The notes beneath the pieces were generated by a model. The model searched no databases. It was given only the letters and a program-made list of their open reading frames with translations, and was not told the origin of the DNA. A stretch of 64,000 bases of DNA from a virus (Duplodnaviria; Caudoviricetes): positions 22,852 through 86,851 of IMG/VR virus record IMGVR_UViG_3300032270_001615; one strand, given 5' to 3'. Below are positions 8,662 to 17,770 of the stretch, one piece after another. Each line of letters begins with the position of its first letter. Positions within the stretch are counted from its first letter, which is position 1. The translations under genes were made by a program, and so were the position numbers.

Positions 8662-9078
8662 ATGAGTACAGAACACAGAAAAGCTCCAAGAAAGAAAATC
8701 TTAGAGATACGCAAAACTGGCACATGGGGAAATGTGCAGTACGTTCATATACTTGAGTGCGGGCATTCAGAGAACAGAGCCCGTGCTTCATCTGCAAAAG
8801 AACTTGCTTGCGTGATGTGTCTGCGCATGAAAGCAAAAGAGATAGAGATGACTTCTCTCTCAAACCCATCGGTATTCGATGAAAGCTATGACACAAATGT
8901 AAACATAAAAGAAACTCGTGCACAAATGATTCGTGCAGGGATTGCATCAAGTTTAAAAATATCTCACGAAGCGATAGATGTTGTCATGAGAGATGTAAAT
9001 GGAAATTTAGAAATTTCTTCTGTTGTCCTCTTTCTTTCTGCAACTGAAGCCTCTAGGATTGCGGGACTCGCGAAGTGA
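8662..9078 (+). CDS. hypothetical protein
   Basis: 138 aa; H..ECGH...CVMC possible metal site. Confidence 0.7.
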   Translation: MSTEHRKAPRKKILEIRKTGTWGNVQYVHILECGHSENRARASSAKELACVMCLRMKAKEIEMTSLSNPSVFDESYDTNVNIKETRAQMIRAGIASSLKISHEAIDVVMRDVNGNLEISSVVLFLSATEASRIAGLAK

Positions 9079-9090
9079 AAGGACCTCTCG

Positions 9091-9453
9091 ATGACCGAAG
9101 GAATAATGCCACCAGAAGGTGGAGCCTGCAAAGGAAAGCCCGTTGAATGGTGGTTTCCAGTAAAGCTTCCATCAATGAACAGAGCACAAGTTGCCGGCTT
9201 GAAAGCATCTACTGCAGAAGCATTGAAGATTTGTGAAGGATGCTCAGTAAAAGATCCTTGTCTCGACTACTCACTTGAGTGGGAGCCCATGGGAATTTGG
9301 GGTGGTTACGCAGAAGGCGAACGACACTACATACGTAAAGAACGAAACCTAAAACTCATGCGCGACGCCCGTGTGCTATTTGAGGGACAAACAATTCGTC
9401 AGATCCGCAAAGAGGTTGAGCAGCAAAAGAAAATGATGCAGGCGAATGGCTAA
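9091..9453 (+). CDS. WhiB-like protein (second copy)
   Basis: GACKG...WWFP...ICEGCSVKDPCLDYSL...GIWGG. Confidence 0.8.
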   Translation: MTEGIMPPEGGACKGKPVEWWFPVKLPSMNRAQVAGLKASTAEALKICEGCSVKDPCLDYSLEWEPMGIWGGYAEGERHYIRKERNLKLMRDARVLFEGQTIRQIRKEVEQQKKMMQANG

Positions 9454-11275
9454 TCACGTTCCCATTCACGTAGACAATGTGCTCGGTCGTCTTGACGGCG
9501 TGCGCCCAAACGGATCCGGATGGCAAGCTCAATGCCCGTGTCGTAATGATGATGACAACCCGTCACTGTCTGTGGGTATAGGCCAAGAGGGTCAAGTGCT
9601 TTTCTTCTGCCAACGAGCAGGTGGATGCGATGCACAAGAGGTCTGTTCGTCTCTCAGCCTACGCATGAAAGATTTGTGGCCAGAATCCGGTGCTGATGCA
9701 TATGTCCCGCCTTTGCGGCCAAAGACCAATAGGGTAGATGTCGACATGCCTTCTGAACCCAAAGAGCCCGATAAGTGGAAAGAGGTTGAGACCTACGACT
9801 ACACGGACAGATATGGCACATTGCTTTTTCAGAAAGTGCGCCTCGTAAATCAACACGGAAAGAAATCGTTCCGTCAGAGGAAGCCCGATGGCAATGGCGG
9901 TTGGGACTACAAAGTATGGACCTACGAAGATGGAGAAAAAACTGGTCCACCTCAGGTTTTGTACAACTTCCCTGCTGTGGTACAGGCTGTAAATAACAAC
10001 ATACCCGTATGGGTTGTTGAGGGCGAGAAAGACGCAAACACTCTCATCCGTTTGGGTTACGTAGCGACAACCATGACTGGTGGCGCTGGTAATGGAAAGT
10101 GGCTTGAGATACACACGCTCGCACTTATGGGTGCAACGGTAGAAGTAATTGCAGATAACGACGAACCTGGTCGGCTTCACGCAGACAACATTAAGAACGA
10201 CCTTGAAAAAGCGGGATGCGATGTGCAGGTCTGGATTTCTGAAACACACAAGGACATTACGGACCACTTGAGCGCTGGTAATGCGATGGACGACTTGGTC
10301 CCGATTGAGGAGTACGGCAGCGGAATGGTTCCAGTTGCAGAGGCTTCCGTTGAAGAGGTTGAAGCACAGTCCCCGTCAACCCGTGCCATTACTGACCTAC
10401 GTGCCTTATTGGAAGATGAGACGCTTTCTGATGCACAAAAGATTGCCAAGTCAAACAGGTTGCTGTCAAACGCATTTACTGACATACCACTTGACGCTGG
10501 TCGCTTGGTTGTTTGGGAAGAATTCCTTAAAGAAGCAGAGTCTGATACCTATGACTGGGCAATACCGGGACTTCTTGAACGTGGTGAGCGCGTGATCGTG
10601 GTCGCCGCTGAAGGTGTTGGTAAAACAATGCTTGCACGACAAGTCGCAATCCTTGCATCTGCCGGAATGCACCCGTTTACCTTTCAGAAGATTGAACCAG
10701 TAAAGACACTTACGATCGACCTTGAAAACCCTGAGCGAATTATTAGGCGCGCATCACGCAAGATCATGAGCGAAGCAATGAAGGCTGGTTACATACGCAA
10801 CCCACAAGCGCACCTATTAACCAAACCATCAGGACTTGATTTGATGAAGCAAGAGGACCGTGCAATCCTTGAGCGAGCGATAGATGAAGTCAGACCGCAA
10901 TTGCTGTGTATCGGACCTTTGTATAAAGCGTTCGTTGACCCAGGTGGTAGAACATCAGAATCTATTGCGGTGGAAGTTGCTAAGTACTTGGACTCGCTGC
11001 GAACCATCTACAACTGTGCGATGTGGATTGAACACCACGCCCCACTCGGCACTTCGATTACTTCTCGTGACTTGCGCCCATTCGGTTCTGCAGTATGGTC
11101 TCGCTGGCCTGAATTCGGAATCTCTTTACAGCCAGACCCAACAGCAGGTGGTGCCTATGTGTACGATGTGCGTCACTTCCGTGGTGCCCGTGATGAACGC
11201 CCGTGGCCTACGAAAATGCGACGTGGGCTTAGATTCCCGTTTGAGGTGTTAGATTATATGAAGGTAACAACATGA
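9446..11275 (+). CDS. primase-helicase (Zn finger, TOPRIM, RecA/AAA_25-type helicase)
   Basis: AQCPCRNDD..PSL; VEGEKD, IADND..G; AAEGVGKT Walker A. Confidence 0.9.
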   Translation: MANHVPIHVDNVLGRLDGVRPNGSGWQAQCPCRNDDDNPSLSVGIGQEGQVLFFCQRAGGCDAQEVCSSLSLRMKDLWPESGADAYVPPLRPKTNRVDVDMPSEPKEPDKWKEVETYDYTDRYGTLLFQKVRLVNQHGKKSFRQRKPDGNGGWDYKVWTYEDGEKTGPPQVLYNFPAVVQAVNNNIPVWVVEGEKDANTLIRLGYVATTMTGGAGNGKWLEIHTLALMGATVEVIADNDEPGRLHADNIKNDLEKAGCDVQVWISETHKDITDHLSAGNAMDDLVPIEEYGSGMVPVAEASVEEVEAQSPSTRAITDLRALLEDETLSDAQKIAKSNRLLSNAFTDIPLDAGRLVVWEEFLKEAESDTYDWAIPGLLERGERVIVVAAEGVGKTMLARQVAILASAGMHPFTFQKIEPVKTLTIDLENPERIIRRASRKIMSEAMKAGYIRNPQAHLLTKPSGLDLMKQEDRAILERAIDEVRPQLLCIGPLYKAFVDPGGRTSESIAVEVAKYLDSLRTIYNCAMWIEHHAPLGTSITSRDLRPFGSAVWSRWPEFGISLQPDPTAGGAYVYDVRHFRGARDERPWPTKMRRGLRFPFEVLDYMKVTT

Positions 11276-11910
11276 GCGACGCTGGCGGAAAAGCCCTAAC
11301 AAGAGAGTTTCTCTCTGAACGAGATATGCGCATATTCAAGATGCGGCAATCTGGCGTGTCAGTGGCGGAGATTGCCAGAAGATTCAGCCTGTCTACCAGC
11401 GTTGTCAACAAGGCCGTACAGCGCACTTTAGAGAAGATGAACCGCGAAGCCCTACTCGCGTACCCAGAGGTCCTTAGAATGGAACTGGAGCGCTTAGACG
11501 CCCTTCAGGCAGCCATCTGGCCTATGACTCAGCACAGAAGAGAAGTAATGGATGACGGAACCGAAGTTCTGCATGAACCAGACCTCAAAGCAATCCAACA
11601 AGTTCTATTAATTGGTGACAGGCGATCCAAGCTTTTGGGCATGGAGCAGCAAAGCGTGAACGTAAAGGTGAACGTTGAAGGCGAAGTAGGCGTGAAAGCG
11701 ACACTTGCAGGTGCTCCTGGACTGACACCCGTATCCGCATTTAGCCCTGAAACGGAAGCCCGCAAGCTTCTTGAACTAATGGGCATATCCGGAGTGTTGC
11801 CAGCGGCAACGGTAAAAGAACTACTAGGTGAAGAAGACATTGTCGATGCTGAAGTAGTATCTGAGAACGCTATTGCAATCGAACAGGAGGCAAAAGAAAA
11901 TGGAATCTGA
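11272..11910 (+). CDS. HTH protein, putative terminase small subunit
   Basis: N-terminal HTH then ELERLDALQAAIWP...DRRSKLLG, like actinophage terS-type proteins as I recall them. Confidence 0.55.
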   Translation: MSDAGGKALTREFLSERDMRIFKMRQSGVSVAEIARRFSLSTSVVNKAVQRTLEKMNREALLAYPEVLRMELERLDALQAAIWPMTQHRREVMDDGTEVLHEPDLKAIQQVLLIGDRRSKLLGMEQQSVNVKVNVEGEVGVKATLAGAPGLTPVSAFSPETEARKLLELMGISGVLPAATVKELLGEEDIVDAEVVSENAIAIEQEAKENGI

Positions 11911-12226
11911 AACAAACATGGAAGGCAACTGCAACATTCGTGCTGCCATGGATAAAGCTGCTGAGACGATGACTCCAACCCGTAGAACGATTGCCAAAGA
12001 GGGTGATGCTCCCGTAGGCGCACAACAGTTGATCCGTTGCACCGAAGAAGAGAAGGACAACTGGAAGACTGTCGCTGCCAATGAAGGAATCTCCGTATCT
12101 GAATGGATACGTAACCTCTTGAATAAGGAAGCACACAAGAAGCTCAAGTGTCAACACCCAGCGGAAATGCGAAAGACCTACGCGTGGTCGGACAAGTGCA
12201 CCGCTTGCGGTGAGAGACTCAGATAG
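11900..12226 (+). CDS. ribbon-helix-helix-like DNA-binding protein
   Basis: LIRCTEEEKDNWKTVAANEGISVSEWIR; RBS AGGAGG; C-terminal Cys cluster. Confidence 0.6.
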   Translation: MESETNMEGNCNIRAAMDKAAETMTPTRRTIAKEGDAPVGAQQLIRCTEEEKDNWKTVAANEGISVSEWIRNLLNKEAHKKLKCQHPAEMRKTYAWSDKCTACGERLR

Positions 12227-12295
12227 GGCCCATCTAATTTAGAGATACATGCACAACTAGCAATCTCTTAATAAGTTTGCTGGCATACTGATTGA

Positions 12296-12475
12296 ATGAA
12301 AGCACTAATCACACTCTTTGTAGCAGTTATACCCGTAGTCGCCCTTATGCATCGCTTCGTTATGAAGTCAGTAGAGAGTTACGACAATTACGGTGACATC
12401 TCGCATCAGGCTCGCAGGCTAGATCAGATCAGGTTTGAAACATACGTGCGCGACCAAGCACAGCGCGTAAGTTAA
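12296..12475 (+). CDS. small protein with hydrophobic N-terminus (59 aa), not in ORF track
   Basis: MKALITLFVAVIPVVALM...; CATACT -10 six nt upstream. Confidence 0.5.
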   Translation: MKALITLFVAVIPVVALMHRFVMKSVESYDNYGDISHQARRLDQIRFETYVRDQAQRVS

Positions 12476-12972
12476 TCGTTCTTTTTTTGGTTTCTATACC
12501 TATCAAGTAGTCTTCTACCCTTAGCAGCCAAAGCCGCTGCATCTTCTGCATTTTGCGGAACTGGTTCACCCCAAGCAGCCGCTGATAAAGCAAGTCTTGT
12601 GGCTTTGCCATTTTCGTCCTTCATAGGGCCCGATGGGTTTGTGAAGAACCTTGTCAAGAACGAACCCTTGCGACGCATCTTTTCTGGTGTGTCAGCAGGA
12701 CCCATGACACCCGGTTTGAGATTTGATCCTTGAGTGCGCTTAAAGTACTTGCGACCCGCAGCAGTAAGACCGCCATCTGGATCCTTGAGTGGTTTGCCTT
12801 CCTTTTTCTCAATTGGCACGCAATTTGGAACGAGCTTTCCATTCTTGCCCTTCTTCATGCCGATCATTTCATAACCTTCCCAGCAAGGGGCTACTTTGCT
12901 TTGCATGTCATCAAGCTCTAACTGCTGTTCCACCAATTGAAGGTACTCGTAGTCGAATTCTTCGTTATTCAT
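12472..12972 (-). CDS. conserved phage protein, putative head-associated
   Basis: PCWEGYEMIG..KNGKLVPNCVP motif plus GGLTAAGRKYF...RRKGSF region (DUF6321-like from memory). Confidence 0.7.
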   Translation of the reverse strand: MNNEEFDYEYLQLVEQQLELDDMQSKVAPCWEGYEMIGMKKGKNGKLVPNCVPIEKKEGKPLKDPDGGLTAAGRKYFKRTQGSNLKPGVMGPADTPEKMRRKGSFLTRFFTNPSGPMKDENGKATRLALSAAAWGEPVPQNAEDAAALAAKGRRLLDRYRNQKKND

Positions 12973-15383
12973 TCTGGATCCTTAACTGAAATATTGATTG
13001 GATAAGCGCTTCCTAATTCTCGCATTGCAATTTGGCCCTGAGTAGGAACTGTTTTGAACGCATTGTCACGTGGACTGTAAACGTCAATTTGTTCCATCTC
13101 AATAACCTTGTTTCCTCTGTCATTTACATAAATTCTCTTTATACGGAAGTTTCCTTGCGTAACACTCTCCGTACCATTGCCTCCAGAGTAATGAGGACCA
13201 ACAATCTTGAGAATTGCACTTCCTTTGCCTAATTCTCCGCCCATAACAAGGAAGTCCTCGCCTGCAGTTGGAATTCTTATGTCATCAACACGATCCGCAA
13301 CATTTGTAAGTGGAATTGGAATTACGTCTCCAACAGCCATGCCTTCTGGATCTTTTACAAGACGCCATTTTGGTTCTTCGCTGATCTTTGAATCGGCAAC
13401 ACCCTGCATTACACTCACTGCTCTTTCGATAGCAAACTGAATACTCTCTCTGTCGTATTCGTCATACTTAGCAACTTCACCGGTGATAATTGCATCAAAC
13501 TCTGGGTTTACCTCTTTATCCCACTGTCCAAGACGCCAATCGTAGTGCCTAAATTCTGCTGGTGCAATCTGGTAACCAAACAAGAGTGCTGATACCTGTC
13601 TGTTGAACCAAGCATCGCCCTCATGGATAACTGCACCATTAAATGAAGAGGTATCTAAATGCTCCAGTATCGCTTTGGCTGCTTTTTGTCGATAATCCTT
13701 ATCTGCAGGATCGAACTCATCAGTCCACTCAAAAGAGTAATCACCTAAAGTAAAACGATGGACTGTTTCTCCAAACTCATTAGCTCCAACCTGATGCTTT
13801 ACTGGTCTATCCCAATCCATGATCGACATCTCTTTTGGTGCAATTTCAGACCTTGACACAACATCATCTGCTGCACGCTGAGCATTTCTTCTGCTTGAGA
13901 AACCAACGCTTGGCTTTTTGGCTGAAGGAATCAGTGGATCCATAGATGATTCGCTCTTCCATGGTCTTGATTTCGGGTCAACACCTACTACTGCATCAAG
14001 CATCTTCTCCAATTGAGGAGAAAGAAGGGAGCGCAATCTGTCTTTTGGTTCGGTGTATGCAGTAAAGCCTTCGGCCCACATCTCCTGCATGTTCTGCTGT
14101 CCATAGGCTGAGTCAACATAGGGCTGATTGGTATCTGTTGCGAAACGCATATCTCTACCGGAAACTGGTGAGGTGAAGTTGTTGGCAATATCTACTGCAT
14201 TGAATCGATAGTCATAGTCAGCAAACATGTCCATGTCTTCTCTGTCTGCATACAACCCGTCTAGGTGTTTTGCTGCCATATAAGCCAGGTAATGTCCATA
14301 CTCATGCCTGATAGTTCCAGTGGCTGTTCCATCAACAAGCCACTTGCGACCTCTCTCATCAAGCTTGCTTCTGGATTGGAGAGTAATTCTGTCTTTACCT
14401 TTGATGTCCTCAAAGTATGGTCTTGAGAGAAGCATGGTTCCTTGTGATGACCTGAAGTATCCACCAAACCTGTATTCAATTACCTTTCCATCAACGGTCT
14501 TATCTTGAATGCTGAACACTGTGGGTGGGAAACCGAAGTTATCAACTATCCACCTGAATGATGGTGACTCATTGAGTGTTTCCTCAATGTACTTACGTGC
14601 TGCTTCCTTGGCTTCCTCGGAGTAGTCATACAGTACAAGGTGCTTAGCTTCTACTTCTTGCTTGAACTCATCATCTGTTATCTGTCCTGACCTGTACCTA
14701 GCACGCAATGCAAGGGCTTCTGCATTGATCTCGCTGTAACGATCTTCAAGTGTTGCTCTGAATCTCTTCCTTACCTCTTCATACTTAGACCTAGGCTCAT
14801 CAGGATTGCGTATGCTCCATACCTCATAGCTACCTACGTTGTACTCAACCATCATGTCTAGGTGTGCTTCAGGACTGTCAGGTACTGATGCTTCTGCTAT
14901 CTCTCTAGCAGTCATACCCTTGAATCGTTGAGGGTGACCATACTTACCCTTGAACTTATTGACACCCGATGGCCTCTGACGCAACCTTGATGTAATCGGT
15001 ATACGTGCTCTTGTTGTAGTGGTAGCTGTACGTGGCTTCACTGGCTTCACACTGATGACTGGCCTAGGTATGCCATATGGTGGAGCGTTATCTGATCTTG
15101 CTACATCACCCGTAGTCGAACCCGTACGACCTGCGTTAATTGCACTAGGCATAGAACCTAAGGTCGTTACATCTCTAGTGCTAGGGGTAGCAGGCCTTTC
15201 GAATGCAGTACCTTCTTGCACAATGCCATCACCATCACCATCTTGTGCATCAGGATCATATGACTCATTCAATCCACCAAGAGTTAATCCTTTAATGGAT
15301 ACATCATCATCATGATCATTTGATTTGACATGACGAACGCCTCTATCTGTATAGTCATATTCAGGCTGATAAGAGAAAGGCAT
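12969..15383 (-). CDS. large tagged protein: DPDA tag, HExxH metallopeptidase-like, ADP-ribosyltransferase-like
   Basis: YDPDAQDGDGDGIVQEGTAFERP; HEYGH...EMWAEGF; KWRL..GDVIPIPLT..ESVTQG; start placed at ATG 15383 (TACAAT 6 nt upstream). Confidence 0.75.
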   Translation of the reverse strand: MPFSYQPEYDYTDRGVRHVKSNDHDDDVSIKGLTLGGLNESYDPDAQDGDGDGIVQEGTAFERPATPSTRDVTTLGSMPSAINAGRTGSTTGDVARSDNAPPYGIPRPVISVKPVKPRTATTTTRARIPITSRLRQRPSGVNKFKGKYGHPQRFKGMTAREIAEASVPDSPEAHLDMMVEYNVGSYEVWSIRNPDEPRSKYEEVRKRFRATLEDRYSEINAEALALRARYRSGQITDDEFKQEVEAKHLVLYDYSEEAKEAARKYIEETLNESPSFRWIVDNFGFPPTVFSIQDKTVDGKVIEYRFGGYFRSSQGTMLLSRPYFEDIKGKDRITLQSRSKLDERGRKWLVDGTATGTIRHEYGHYLAYMAAKHLDGLYADREDMDMFADYDYRFNAVDIANNFTSPVSGRDMRFATDTNQPYVDSAYGQQNMQEMWAEGFTAYTEPKDRLRSLLSPQLEKMLDAVVGVDPKSRPWKSESSMDPLIPSAKKPSVGFSSRRNAQRAADDVVSRSEIAPKEMSIMDWDRPVKHQVGANEFGETVHRFTLGDYSFEWTDEFDPADKDYRQKAAKAILEHLDTSSFNGAVIHEGDAWFNRQVSALLFGYQIAPAEFRHYDWRLGQWDKEVNPEFDAIITGEVAKYDEYDRESIQFAIERAVSVMQGVADSKISEEPKWRLVKDPEGMAVGDVIPIPLTNVADRVDDIRIPTAGEDFLVMGGELGKGSAILKIVGPHYSGGNGTESVTQGNFRIKRIYVNDRGNKVIEMEQIDVYSPRDNAFKTVPTQGQIAMRELGSAYPINISVKDPE

Positions 15384-15454
15384 GTGACTATTGTATGTCA
15401 ATGCTTATAGGCAGGACGCTAAGTATTCATACACATATGAGGTGTATGCAACGA

Positions 15455-15661
15455 TTATGAGTGTGGAAACTCTATAGTCTTTGATTCATCTGTAAAGGGA
15501 TTATCAGAAGCTGTACTGTTCTTCTTGTTATATGAGTTCTCAATATCACTTAGTTGTTTACGAAGCTTCTTGAGACTATCTAGTACATCTCTACTGTGAT
15601 TTGGATTACTAGATGATCCTCTATGCGAATGAGCATGGCTATCACTGTTTTGATCTGTCAT
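15455..15661 (-). CDS. hypothetical low-complexity protein
   Basis: 68 aa Ser/His/Asn-rich; may be non-coding. Confidence 0.3.
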   Translation of the reverse strand: MTDQNSDSHAHSHRGSSSNPNHSRDVLDSLKKLRKQLSDIENSYNKKNSTASDNPFTDESKTIEFPHS

Positions 15662-15944
15662 ACGAACATACTATGCATCAAGATGTATGGAATATACGAA
15701 CTATGCAATAAGCAATACATGCAGATAAGTACTATGGATTCGACGAAAGACTATGTGTATTGAATGTGCATAGATACACTGCATACATAGCAATACTCAT
15801 CAATAACCTGGTGCAGGGATGGGTACGATCTACCCCCTGGTGCACAAGTGGTGATACGGGACTTCTTGTAAACTTTTCCGCATGGGTGGGTATGCCCGGG
15901 CACGCGTACGAAACTAAATGAGGTTTCTCAATCTTTAGTTTGAT

Positions 15945-16334
15945 TTATCCAACCCAGTCGTCTCTGCCCCAGAACTTTGGGTTTGGGTGGCGGTTTGCAA
16001 ACATGTCTTTGTTTTCCAGGATTGGTGGTATTTCACCTGTTTCTGCGTATTGTCCGAGTATGTCATTTGGGTCTTCTGGTTCTTGCCCTGTATATGTGTT
16101 GATGATTTCTCTTGCAGCATCTCTGAATATCGAGTTAAGGCCGGCTTGTGTTAGTCCGAAGTTTAATGCGATTGATCTGTTTGCAATATGTTGCATGTTG
16201 ATGGTGTTGTTCATGACTGTGCCTTTGTATATGCGCAGTATGAGTGATCCATCCCAGTAGGCATGCCAGACTGATGAGCCGTCTCCGAACTCGTCTAATA
16301 CGTATACCCGTTCGTTTGACTCTTTTGATTGCAT
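15945..16334 (-). CDS. hypothetical protein
   Basis: 129 aa, RBS AGGAG. Confidence 0.65.
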   Translation of the reverse strand: MQSKESNERVYVLDEFGDGSSVWHAYWDGSLILRIYKGTVMNNTINMQHIANRSIALNFGLTQAGLNSIFRDAAREIINTYTGQEPEDPNDILGQYAETGEIPPILENKDMFANRHPNPKFWGRDDWVG

Positions 16335-16417
16335 GTTGCTCCTATAGTTTTATTTAATGCTGCATAAGCATATAACTATAAAAATATAGAGAGCGAAACT
16401 ACTCCGGATAGATTTAT

Positions 16418-16600
16418 CTAAGGATTGCGTTTTCCAAAGTACTTCCGGAAAGCATCTCCGTCGATAATTATCTCTGGTTCATAGACGCTTATAGAGGTGA
16501 GAGCATCTATTACTTCCATCACAGTTATTTCAACAGTTGGATCTTTATAAATCAAACTATTGAGATAGTTCAAGTAAGCACCAACCGTTGCAAAACTCAT
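16418..16600 (-). CDS. hypothetical protein
   Basis: ATGA-coupled to the HicA-like gene. Confidence 0.55.
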   Translation of the reverse strand: MSFATVGAYLNYLNSLIYKDPTVEITVMEVIDALTSISVYEPEIIIDGDAFRKYFGKRNP

Positions 16601-16827
16601 TGCGCGCGCCATTTTGGATCCAATTCCACACCATAAATCTTGCGGAAATCTGAATAGATCGCCTTCACAGCCTGGGGTGTTCCGTGCGTTTTGTATTTAG
16701 GCTTATCGGGCATGCTGTCGGGTGGGAAGATGACGAAAGTCCTCTTGGCCCGCTCAACCCTGAAGCCGAGTCTTTGTAGCTCTTTGAACAGCTTGTTGAC
16801 TTCAGCTGAACCATGTTTCCTTGCCAT
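16597..16827 (-). CDS. HicA-like small protein
   Basis: LFKELQRLGFRVER...F.I.PP...THGTP; RBS AGGAG; canonical GSH His absent. Confidence 0.5.
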   Translation of the reverse strand: MARKHGSAEVNKLFKELQRLGFRVERAKRTFVIFPPDSMPDKPKYKTHGTPQAVKAIYSDFRKIYGVELDPKWRAQ

Positions 16828-16857
16828 ATTTACTCCTGTTAGTAGTAGGTGACAAGC

Positions 16858-16886
16858 ACGCTATCCAAAAAGGACATAAATACCAA
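16858..16886 (-). promoter_or_regulatory. SigA-type promoter
   Basis: (AGG)TTGGTA-17nt-TAGCGT on minus strand. Confidence 0.55.
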
Positions 16887-16991
16887 CCTGAAAATAAAAA
16901 ATTTTTTTGGGTCTCTAGGGTTGTTTGTCTTATTTATTATCTGTAAATTAAGGACTGTTCATTTACTACACATAGAACAGGATTACTTATT

Positions 16992-17195
16992 ATGTCTGAA
17001 TATGCCAAACTTAAGAAAAACGGTTTACCTAAAGGTCGTCGTCCTCTTCCAGCTGAAGAAAAAGAGCGCCGTAATGTCCTCAATCAGAAAAAGCAGGAGT
17101 CTCGCCGCCGTGCTGGCATTGTTTTGCAGCATAAATACGCAGAAGAATTTGCTGAACTTTGCGAAGCAGAATTTAAGGCTCTTTTGTCCCAATAG
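16992..17195 (+). CDS. hypothetical basic helical protein
   Basis: 67 aa; PKGRRP AT-hook-like motif. Confidence 0.6.
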   Translation: MSEYAKLKKNGLPKGRRPLPAEEKERRNVLNQKKQESRRRAGIVLQHKYAEEFAELCEAEFKALLSQ

Positions 17196-17233
17196 TTAAA
17201 ACGGACAGACTTCGATGTGCTAAATTATTTGCG

Positions 17234-17301
17234 TCCGGGGTTGTGCTAGCCGCAGGGAATCCCGCCGGAGATCCTGAGGCTGGGTGCTCCATGACCCCGG
17301 A
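17234..17301. other. long GC-rich hairpin between convergent genes (terminator or ncRNA)
   Basis: TCCGGGGTTGTG / CATGACCCCGGA outer stem; CTAGCC/GGCTGG and CAGG/CCTG inner stems. Confidence 0.5.
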
Positions 17302-17313
17302 TAACTAAGTTGA

Positions 17314-17769
17314 CTACTTCTTCTCTTTTTTGTCAGTAGTTGTAGGGCCACCAACAACCCATGCTCTGCATGTGCGCTTTGCTGCACACTTGAAATCAAA
17401 TGCTTCGCAATATCCTAATTGTCCAGCGTCGACAATGTCCATAGCGTCGTTGCCTTTTTCATTGCCAAGCGAATCCTTGATGCACGAGACCATGCGAGGA
17501 GAGCGAACAAACATAATGCAATTACCACAACGCTGTTTTTTGGCTTCATTTGGATCTATCTTCCATTCATCGGCTAGTTTTTTCCAGTAATCAGTGTTTG
17601 GCTCGTTTGGATTAACAGGGCCATACATTGCCTTGTCAATAGCGCTTTTGCGGTTCTTGAGGTTTAAGGCAATATCTTGTGTTGCCGGTGGGCACGAAGG
17701 CTTGTCGGCTTTGCTCTCAAATTTGAAGCCTTTGATTTCACCCGAGTATGTTCCCCATGTGTGTTCCAC
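17314..17769 (-). CDS. conserved Cys-rich phage protein
   Basis: CPPATQD...YGP.NP...RCGNC..F...GYC..F.FKCAAKRTC.AW; GTG 17769 has AGGAG RBS. Confidence 0.7.
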   Translation of the reverse strand: MEHTWGTYSGEIKGFKFESKADKPSCPPATQDIALNLKNRKSAIDKAMYGPVNPNEPNTDYWKKLADEWKIDPNEAKKQRCGNCIMFVRSPRMVSCIKDSLGNEKGNDAMDIVDAGQLGYCEAFDFKCAAKRTCRAWVVGGPTTTDKKEKK

Positions 17770-17770
17770 G

